DNA of 63,178 nucleotides, the filler included. It is 5 parts of 5 records of this genome, joined end to end, with 100 filler letters (N's around TTAATTAATTAA, not from the genome) between each part and the next. Parts side by side here need not be neighbours in the genome. Positions count along the whole stretch, not along the records: positions 51,505 to 56,740 come from DRR378314_846; positions 56,841 to 63,178 come from DRR378314_878; 3 more parts are not named here. One strand, given 5' to 3'. This document shows positions 54,754 to 63,178 of the stretch, one piece after another. The notes beneath the pieces are model-generated. The model worked only from the letters and a program-made list of their open reading frames with translations, did not search any database and was not told where the DNA came from. A program made the position numbers and the translations under genes. The first letter of the stretch is position 1, and each line of letters begins with the position of its first letter.

Positions 54754-56627
54754 CACGTCGCGGCGGCATTCGCCGGCAACTGCAATGGCTGGGGGTGATC
54801 CCGGCGCTGATCATGCTGATCCTGGTGCTGGTATCGCTCACCTGGCAGCGCTTTCAGGACGCCGACAACGAAGTGCGCCAGCTGGGCGGCTTCCTCGCCC
54901 AGCAACTGGCCGGCAGCGCCGAATACGGCGTGCTCAGCGGTAATCTGTCCGACCTGCGCCGCCAGGCCAACATGGTGCTGGCGCGCCCGGACGTGCAGTA
55001 CGTGCAGTTCCGCGACCAGGACGGCGAGCCGCTGCTGCGCGCCGGCCTGGAGGCCGACCGGGTGGTGGGCGAGGACGTGCTGGAATTCCACGCCGGCATC
55101 TACCGCCAGCCGGTGGCCCTGGACCCGGCCTTCGGCGAAGGCCGCCCGGCGCGGCCGGACCGCATCGGCGAGGTGGTGCTGGGCGTGTCCCGGGGGCGCA
55201 TCCTCGCCCGCCAGAAGGAGATCATCGGCACCAGCCTGCTGCCGGCGTTGCTGGCCATGGTGGTGGGGCTGTTCAGCGCCGGTTACCTGGCGCGGCAGAT
55301 CGCCGACCCGATCAGCTATTTGTCCGGGCTGGTGCGGGTGATCCGCGGCGGCGACTACCACGTGCGCGGGGTGCGCCCGCTCAGCGGCGAACTGGGCCAC
55401 CTGCAGACCGACATCAACGAACTGGCCGCCAGCCTGGATCAGGCCCGCCGCGACCAGCAGCTCGCCATGACCGAGCTGCGCGAGGCCCACCACCGCGCCG
55501 AACACGCCAGCCAGGCCAAGAGCGACTTCCTGGCGATGATGAGCCACGAGCTGCGCACCCCCATGAACGGCGTGCTGGGCATGCTGCAGCTGCTGGAAAC
55601 CACCCACCAGGACGACGAGCAGCGCGAATACACCGACGCCGCCCTGGAATCCACCGGCCACCTGCTGGCGGTGATCAACGACATTCTCGACTTTTCGCGC
55701 ATCGAAGCCGGGCGTATGGAGATCGACCAGAGCTACTTCGCCCCGGAACCGCTGCTGCAGAACTGTGTGGGTACCTTCCGCTACCTGGCCCGGGAAAAGG
55801 GCCTGTACCTGGAAATGGAGGGCGCGGAGGCGCTGGCCGGCCTGGAGATCCGCTCCGACGCCACCCGGCTGCGCCAGATTCTCAGCAACCTGATCTCCAA
55901 CGCGGTGAAATTCACCGAGGCCGGCGGCATCCGCGTACGGGTGGACGTGCGCCACGACGAACGCCACATGCTCAACCTCACCATCGACGTGCGCGACACC
56001 GGCATCGGCATCGCCGAGCACAAGCTCGACCGGCTGTTTCAGGCGTTCTCGCAGCTGGATTCGTCCAGCGCCCGGCGCTTCGGCGGCACCGGCCTGGGGT
56101 TGGTGATCGCCCGGCGCCTGGCGCAGATTCTCGGCGGCGACCTGACCGTCACCAGCGACCCGGAGCAGGGCAGTTGCTTCACCCTGGCGCTGCGCGTGCG
56201 CAGCCGCGCCGTGGAGCAGCCCACCCTGCCGGAGCCGAAACGGGACGTCACCGAACTGAGCGGCCGGGTGCTGCTGGTGGAAGACAACGACGTGAACCGG
56301 CTGGTGGCCTGCCGCATGCTCGAGCACCTGGGGCTGGAAGTGGCCACCGCCGGCGACGGCGCCACCGCCCTGGCGATGTGCGCCGAGCAGCACTTCGACT
56401 GTCTGCTGATGGACGTGCAGATGCCGGTCATGGACGGCCTGGAAGCCACCCGCGCCCTGCGCCGCCGCGAACGGGAAGCCGGCCGCGACCCGGTGCCGAT
56501 CATCGCGCTCACCGCCAACGCCATGTTCGAAGAGCGCCAGCGCTGCCTCGCCGCCGGCATGGACGCCCACCTGGCCAAACCCTTCCGCCGCCGCCGCCTG
56601 GCCCGCCTCCTCAGCCGCTACCTGTAA
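54750..56627 (+). CDS. Hybrid sensor histidine kinase (2 TM, HAMP, HisKA, HATPase, receiver; no Hpt)
   Basis: MSHELRTPMNG, NLISNAVKFT, DTGIG, GGTGLGL, VEDN, MDVQMP, AKP. Confidence 0.95.
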   Translation: MTRRGGIRRQLQWLGVIPALIMLILVLVSLTWQRFQDADNEVRQLGGFLAQQLAGSAEYGVLSGNLSDLRRQANMVLARPDVQYVQFRDQDGEPLLRAGLEADRVVGEDVLEFHAGIYRQPVALDPAFGEGRPARPDRIGEVVLGVSRGRILARQKEIIGTSLLPALLAMVVGLFSAGYLARQIADPISYLSGLVRVIRGGDYHVRGVRPLSGELGHLQTDINELAASLDQARRDQQLAMTELREAHHRAEHASQAKSDFLAMMSHELRTPMNGVLGMLQLLETTHQDDEQREYTDAALESTGHLLAVINDILDFSRIEAGRMEIDQSYFAPEPLLQNCVGTFRYLAREKGLYLEMEGAEALAGLEIRSDATRLRQILSNLISNAVKFTEAGGIRVRVDVRHDERHMLNLTIDVRDTGIGIAEHKLDRLFQAFSQLDSSSARRFGGTGLGLVIARRLAQILGGDLTVTSDPEQGSCFTLALRVRSRAVEQPTLPEPKRDVTELSGRVLLVEDNDVNRLVACRMLEHLGLEVATAGDGATALAMCAEQHFDCLLMDVQMPVMDGLEATRALRRREREAGRDPVPIIALTANAMFEERQRCLAAGMDAHLAKPFRRRRLARLLSRYL

Positions 56628-56651
56628 ACCAAGCCGGGGCGGGGCAGGGCC

Positions 56652-56737
56652 TTATGGGGGCGGGCTGTGGAGAAGGCCTTGAGGAGAGCGGATCTTGTGG
56701 GAGCGGGCTGTGGGAGCGGGCCTCGCCCGCGAAAGGG
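56652..56737 (+). repeat. REP cluster: one full copy plus partial and degenerate tandem copies
   Basis: TGTGGGAGCGGGC twice in tandem (56696, 56709); degenerate TATGGGGGCGGGCTGTGG upstream. Confidence 0.8.
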
Positions 56738-56740
56738 TGG

Positions 56741-56840
56741 NNNNNNNNNNNNNNNNNNNNNNNNNNNNNNNNNNNNNNNNNNNNTTAATTAATTAANNNN
56801 NNNNNNNNNNNNNNNNNNNNNNNNNNNNNNNNNNNNNNNN
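56741..56840. other. Artificial contig spacer 4
   Basis: N44-TTAATTAATTAA-N44. Confidence 0.99.
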
Positions 56841-56932
56841 GGGGGGCTCTGAGCCAGCATTGTGCTCGTGCTTCTCGCCACGTCGTCCTGAATTTGCTGT
56901 CTACTCGTTGCCGCTGTTCTGCGACTGCGCAG

Positions 56933-57333
56933 AAATGGATGCCGATAAGAAGAAATCAACAGAGTTTTTTGATCTCATCACCAAGTTTGTCAATAACTAC
57001 GCCTCATGCCTTCCAAAAGAAGAAAAGAAAGAAGGGCGAAAGGGCCGGCAGAGCAAGCGTAATATGGGACGCAAGGTGCGGTGGTACAGCAGCATGTGCT
57101 GTTATGTGTTTTTGGCGTACGTATGGCGATTGAGTATTGCTGTTGTGTGCCGTTTTACACGCTGACGCCGTGCAGCTTCGCACTCATCTCTTTTTGGCTC
57201 TTGTTGCGGATATGTCAATGACTTGTTGCACACACAGATTGCCGAGGGCGTCAAGGATGGCGAGGACCCTCTTCTTGCCGTGATCGATTCGATTCGAAAG
57301 GGCGGCTTCAAGGTCAAAGGAGGAGCTGCAAAG
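56933..57333 (+). CDS. Eukaryotic spliced gene, 3' exons 56933-57075 and 57238-about 57333; formin FH2 end plus DAD-like motif
   Basis: GT-AG intron joins in frame: STEFFDLITKFVNNY...MGRK|IAEGVKDGEDPLLAVIDSIRKGG; final exon end uncertain. Confidence 0.5.
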
Positions 57334-58336
57334 GTTCGTTCTGGTAGCGATTGTGTTTCAGCGCGACCGCGTGGTACTTCCTCACAGCAGGCGGCGGTTC
57401 GCAGCGGGTGGGCTGCGCGCACAAGAGCACAGCGACGCGTTCTCCTATCAATAGCCTTCGCAACCATCTGCCGTGTGTTGAGGCGCTAGTGCAGTAGAAT
57501 TGCTGCCTACGCTGCTGTGAACCCTCGCGAGTACCTGACCGGGAAAAGTGCGCGATGCACTCTGTGCCTGCAGGGTCGAAGGCCCGTTCCGAGCACGCGC
57601 GACGCGCCAGCACAGGCGAAGAGCGCCGCCTCTGCATCTGTGCAGTCCAACAAGCCTCCGCCTTCGCCATTTGAAGTGTAGCTGGCGCGTTCGGTGAATG
57701 GCACGGCTGGGAAAGGCAGCTCTCGGCGGAAAATGCTCGGGCACCGTTGAGCGCAGCCCTCGTCGAGGAAGCGCCTGCCTCGTTGCCGAGGGCCCTCCCG
57801 CAGCTTTTTTGCCTTTCGTTTTCATAGTACGCAAGGGACCGCAATGTAAACACTTTTCGCGTTGCGCGAAGCGAGCCCTGTGCTTGGCTGCTGCATTACA
57901 TGACTTTTTCCGCGGCGCTCGGTGTGCACCTTCTGGAGGAGTCTCGCACCTGCACTCGTTCGCCTTCCGGTAAGCTCCACAGCACCATGCGGGGGGTATG
58001 CGGTCTACGAGATGGCTAGTTCCCACTATTCCCTGCTTCTATGCAATACGATTCACACCTTGTCAGAGAAGAGAATTGTATTCTCGCGAGTTCCAGGCGT
58101 CGCACCTGCTTACAGCACTCTTCTCTCGTCTTAGTCAAGGCGGAGGTACCGTCCGCAGCGGAAGCGGAGCAAGGAGGGGGTCTGCATAGACAACCCCCCT
58201 CCATCACGCGAGGCGCCGTACGAAAGGTTACGATCTAGGGTGAAACGACTGGTTCCGCGCCTGCTCTGCTCGCGCAGCCTGTCGCCGGCTCGTCGCCTCT
58301 GTCCGCCGCCGCAGCGCTGAGTCTGCCCGCACGACC

Positions 58337-61300
58337 ATGCTCGAGGGCGTTGTGTCCGACGTGCTCGAGCGCGTCTTGGGAGACTATGTTCAGTCGCTGG
58401 ATCGGAAGGCACTGAAAGTCGCTGGTATGTCGTATAGAGAGTTGCTGTGTTGCGCGGCAAATACGTTGCATTGAGAAAGGCGGCGTCGCAGCTTCTCTTT
58501 CCTGCCGGTGTCGCGTTGTTTCTGCCCGCCGGTTCGCGCACAGGTGGTGCTGCGAGGCGTTGTGCGAGCGGTCGGCGCAGCGGTTGCTGCTTCTCGGCGG
58601 CGGCTCTTCACCTGCTTGGTTGTGCGAGCGAAATGCCTGCAGCACGTGCGCTGCGATATCCCTGCCGGCTTTTCGCATGCATAGGAAAAATGTATCTGGT
58701 ATAGTTGACCCTATGAATACGTGAAAATGCGCTCTGATGGTGGAGGAAATGTTTTAATCGCGGCGCAGTGTGGGAGCGAGCTGTACTCTGCGCCACTACG
58801 AGCTGGCTTCGTTGCTGCCGGCCGCTGGTCCCTGTTGACGCCGCCGGCGCGCTCATCGCTCGTCGTTCGCCGATACCTACTGTTTTGCTCGTTCAGTGTG
58901 GAAGGGCACCGTCAGGCTCACTGATCTTGTGCTGCGAGATTCATGTCTCGCCGCTATCGACCCTTCATTTACGGTGCGTTCCCTTTTGGGCACCAATCAG
59001 CGGTTTTCGCGTGCGTCTGGCTTTGCGCAGCAGCCGAGCACGCGGTGTGCCTGGGACACCGCTGGCGCCCAGATGGTCGGCAGCGGCGCTCGGGATCGGG
59101 ACGCCCGGTCCGCGCGCCGCGCACGGAGATTCCCAGCGCTGCCTTTTCCCAGTGAGCACAGTAAACGGAGCCTTCGTGCCTTTGTTATGTACCTATTTAC
59201 TATGTTAGCCACAGAGGCGCCGTGGTTTGTTGCTGTTGGACGAGCTGCCGTAAATAACGGTGCAGTGATAAGAAAGTGTTGGGGCTCAGAGCTCTGTGAT
59301 TGCACGCGCGCGTGCTACGCAAGAACCAGAGCCCTCTGCTCCCGCTTCGCCTGCGTATCTACCCGCGTGGGACGCTGTCTGCGAACAGTTCATTTTCCGG
59401 CGTTTAAATGATTGCAGTCTATCGACAATGCTTCTCGCTCTCTACCCTTTCCTGCATTGCTTCTTGCTTTCGATTGGGATGCGGAGGAGACTGCGAAGCA
59501 GCAGCGTATTCCTTGCGCGACCGACCATTCCCATCCTGGTGCTGACAGGCGGTTCTGTTCTTTTGTAGTGCTATCGCCAGTGACACGCAAGGACATGCTG
59601 TGCGTTTTTTTTTCAAGATGCATTTTCTGTGGGACGTGTATGGTATTGTATCGTGCCGTAACTTGTGCGTTTAAAATTCAGGTGGCGCGCGGTGAAGTGG
59701 ATGAAATATCAATTTCCGTCCCGTGGAAGCATCTGCGGAAGAAGCCACTTCAGGTGGCAGTGCGCGGAGTCAACATCCTCGTAAGCACGACAGATGCGGT
59801 CCACGAGGTTCAGGATGTGGAGGCAGAATTTCGCCGTTTGGCTTCGCAAAAAAGGGTATGAAGACTTGCGTGCTGGTGCTCACAGTGATGGGATCGGCCT
59901 GTCCTGGGAAATCGTCACTTTGTTCGCCCGTGCAGGGCGGCAGCGGCGGCGGCGTGTCTACTTGCGCCTGGAGAGGCATGCGCCTGGCGGAATCGGCCTG
60001 TGGGTATCGCTCCTTCCAGGAGCTTGTTCTGGCGAAAGATACCCAACGGCCAGGGATAATACCGTACTTCTTGCCCACAATGTAGCATTCTGACGTTTTG
60101 TTATCCGTTTCTGGCGTTGTCGTCGTCGCTTCCACAGGATCGCCTCAAGCAGTTTCTGCGCGAGGAGCTGCGACGAAAAGCTGCGCGCAGTGGCGAGTCC
60201 CTCAAAGCCCGTCTTGTGACGAAGTTAGTGGACAATCTTCAGGTGCGGCACGTGCCACGGTGCGGTAAAGCGACCCTGCCACTACATGGCTTCTTTGCTG
60301 GTGACGTAGGCGCGCTGGTTTCGGTACTGCGCGCGCACATGGGCACGTGTGCTTATTGCTGATGTCCCATGGAACGAGCCCTTACGCTGGAGGCACCGGG
60401 TAGCATGTCTGCTATGACGGATTTTCCCTCGGTTGTACTGACTGCTGCCTCTCTTTCATGACTTTCTGTGCAGATCGATATCGAGCGGTTTCACGTCCGA
60501 TTCGAAGAGCACGGGTCCGAGTCCTTCCGCGCTCCGCTTGCTGCGGGTGTCGCTCTCGAAAGCATTCGCGCACACACCGTAAACGCGCAACTGGAGCCGA
60601 CAATGACCTTCGACAAGGATGTTCTCTACAAGAAAGTGGAAGTGTCTGGCTTGTGCTCTTACGTAGAAGCGTCGCCATACGCGTTTGTGCAGGACGAGAG
60701 GGACGACTGGCGAGGCGCGATGGAACGAGCGCTCGACGATGTGCGATCCGGCGCTGACCCAACGCGTACCGATGTCGATGTTGCCGTTACAGACGCCGTG
60801 TTGCGCCCGTGCTCGCTAACCGGCGTGCTCACAATACGCAAAAAGCCCCAGTCCACCGAGTCGCATGTGGAGATTGGACTGGAAACCGATGCGGTCGCAC
60901 TGTCGCTTAGCCGTGCCCAGTACGCCGCTGCCCTGGAACTCAGCGATGTTCTTGCCGCGGCCTATATGCTGCGGCAGGAGCGGCTCGAGCATCGGCCACG
61001 GACGCGCCCGCGCGGTCGTGAAGCCGCGTTTGCGTGGTGGCGGTACGCAGTGCGGTGCGTGCAGACCGCGCTGCACGGCGCAGAGCGCGCGCCCACGCGC
61101 CTGCTCGATGCGTGGCGCCGCACCAAAGCGTACATCGAGCTCCTTGTGGAAGAATTAAGTGCAGACTCGATTCCCGCGGAAAGCGCAACCCAGCTTGCTC
61201 ACATCGAATCGCAGGCTTCTGCGAGCATTCCGTGGCTTGCTGCGTGCCGGGAGGTCGCGGTCGCCGAGGTCCAGCGCCGCGGACGCCGCGTGCGGCCGCG

Positions 61301-63178
61301 CGCCGCCGAGCGCTGCGGGGCGTTCACCGCGGACCCCGCCGCAGCCGCAGCTGCAGCATCTGCAGAACGCGGTATTTTTACACGTCTTCGCAGAAGGCTC
61401 CGTCGGCGACACCGTGCATCTGCGGGAGAGGATGACGACGGTGCTGGTTATCTCTCTGAAGGCGTTACGGACGGGGAAGATGCCGTGCTGAGCGACGGCG
61501 AGGAAACCGACGTGGACGCGAGCGCAGCAGCAGCTGCCGCGGCCGCTGCTACGGGCGACCCTAGCGAAGAGGAGCGAGCGCTGTATGACGTGATTGGCTA
61601 CAAGCCGTCGGCGAAGGACTCGTCGAGCGCGCAGTCGTCCATTTATGTCCTCGCGCCGTACGAGCTGCGCGTTCGTGCGACAGTTTCGGCTGCACGGGCG
61701 GCCGTGTCGCTCCGAACTTCCAGCGACGCGCCGCTGCTTGCGGCGCTGCTGACGCGCGCATCGGTGTCGGCTTGGCGCGGCGAGAACGCGACTGCGCGCG
61801 AGATCGGAATCCGTGTCGATGATGCGCGCGTGTCGTCGCCGTTCTTCCGGGCTTTCCAGCCGTTGGTTCTGTCGTCCGTGGCTCCGCGCGAGAAGGGCGA
61901 CGCCCCGCTGGTCGATGTAACTGTGCGGCGCGATCGCCTCCGCACGACTGTAGGCGGAACTGTCGCGCCTATTCTCGTTGCGCTGGAAACGGCGGTCGTG
62001 GCGGAGATGGCGGCGTTTGCGCGGAGCGACGGCTTCCACCTTGGCGGCGCGCGCGCGGCGAATAAGCTTCGCTCCGCTGCGTCGTCTGTGCGCGCGCGTG
62101 CGGCTGCGCGCATCTTTGACATTGCGCGTCCGCGCGCTCGCGGGGCAGCGCCCACGGCGCGTCGTATCGCGCTCAACCTCAACGCTGTCGAAGTGCAGAT
62201 GTTTGCGATCGATTCATCGACCGGGCACGCGCTCGCCGTAGCCGCGGAGTCGCTGTCGCTTGCCGATGCTCCGCGCACGCGTCGCGGCTGCGATAGCGTC
62301 CAGCTCGAAGCGAGTGCTACGAAGATTTGGGCTACCGATCTGGGCGATGCCGGCGAAGACCTGCTCGCCGTTGCCGCGCGGGGTCGCAGCGGGAAAGCGT
62401 ATGGTATGCTTGCGCAGCTGGAGCGCCCCGCGGTGACCGTGCACGCCATCGCGGCAGGCGCAGGGCGAGACGACGAGGTCCCGCTGCTTGCCGTGGACGC
62501 GGACGCGCTGGGGATCACCGTCCACGCAGACGCTGCGGCGCTTGCGCTGGCCGTCGGCTGTGCCCAGGCGTCCGCCACCGCTGTGCAAAGCAGGCGACCG
62601 TCGACGGGCGAGCGGGGTGCAGGCGCTGTCGTGTCCGCTGCGCGCGCGAGGGCGGGCGCAGCGGCAGGTTCTGCGAGCGGCGCGAGGCTGCCGGGTCGCG
62701 CCGGCACCGCCGCTGCGGCTGCCGCCGCGCGCGCAGCGACGGGCGTCGAGCGCATACTGTTCGCCACTTCGATCCGCGCATCCAGCGCGGTGGTTCTTCT
62801 CGTATCGGATGGCGCTATCGCGACGCCAGAAAACGGGGGTCCGTTTGCCTCGCTGCACATGACCGATATGGCAGCCTCTGCCTCGGCAGCCGCCGCGTGG
62901 TGGCGCGTCGAGGTCAAAGCTGACGCGGCGGAGCTGCGCGACACGGGCGAGTTTGCGTCGTCGATTCGCGCTCCGCCCGCCGTGCTCGGGTCCGCGCGGG
63001 TGACCGTCGGGCGATTTGCGGAAGATGCGCGTGACTTTCGCGGATTCGAGCGCGAGATTCACGCCGCGATGGGCTCCGCGGAGGTGCACCTCGGCGCGCA
63101 CCTGGCCACATCGCTGCGGACGTGGGCCGACGAGTGCTCTGCGGTGGTGCGACAGGTGCGCGGCGACGCGGGCCCCGA
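58337..63178 (+). CDS. VPS13: Eukaryotic VPS13-family lipid-transfer protein, 5' part; exons 58337-58424, 58897-58973, 59682-59855, 60138-60242, 60474-window end
   Basis: Spliced translation MLEGVVSDVLERVLGDYVQSLDRKALKVAVWKGTVRLTDL...ISVPWKHL...LVTKLVDNLQIDIERFHVRFEE...WWRYA...LYDVIGY (chorein-N domain); four GT-AG introns with consistent phase. Confidence 0.9.

Noticed and set aside
56841-63178. Eukaryote-to-bacterium gene transfer of VPS13
   Set aside because: Separate contig with intact spliceosomal introns; adjacency to bacterial DNA is artificial

Overview
This window is not one chromosome. It is five contigs joined by 100-nt N spacers that carry the all-frame-stop linker TTAATTAATTAA (13585-13684, 27882-27981, 51405-51504, 56741-56840). 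Contigs 1-3 (1-51404) are Rhodobacteraceae (Roseobacter-group-like) core DNA. Contig 1: rplM, MocR/DUF1127, speDE, trmFO, gluQ, hisI, recG, ligA, ctrA. Contig 2: mcd, TauE, a CDF transporter, a long-form dGTPase, phoX, recO-era-rnc-lepB-acpS-pdxJ-spoT. Contig 3: hemD, tsaD-gpsA, ahcY, a 3-gene glycan-modification insert, regA-senC-regB, a divL-like PAS gene, tsaE-amgK-murU-addBA-trxA. Contig 4 (51505-56740) is a high-GC gammaproteobacterial operon (TonB-dependent receptor, periplasmic binding-like protein, hybrid histidine kinase) flanked by inverted REP copies. Contig 5 (56841-63178) is eukaryotic: the 3' exons of a formin-like gene and a spliced VPS13 gene. The best lead is a 40-aa single-TM ORF behind recG with a perfect alphaproteobacterial LexA box, a GAAC array and a folded 3' RNA, a candidate SOS-induced small-protein module. 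Other leads are a 140-nt nested-hairpin element before the dGTPase, a candidate orphan sRNA, and the TBDR-SBP-kinase signalling unit. All calls come from motif recognition; no database search was run.
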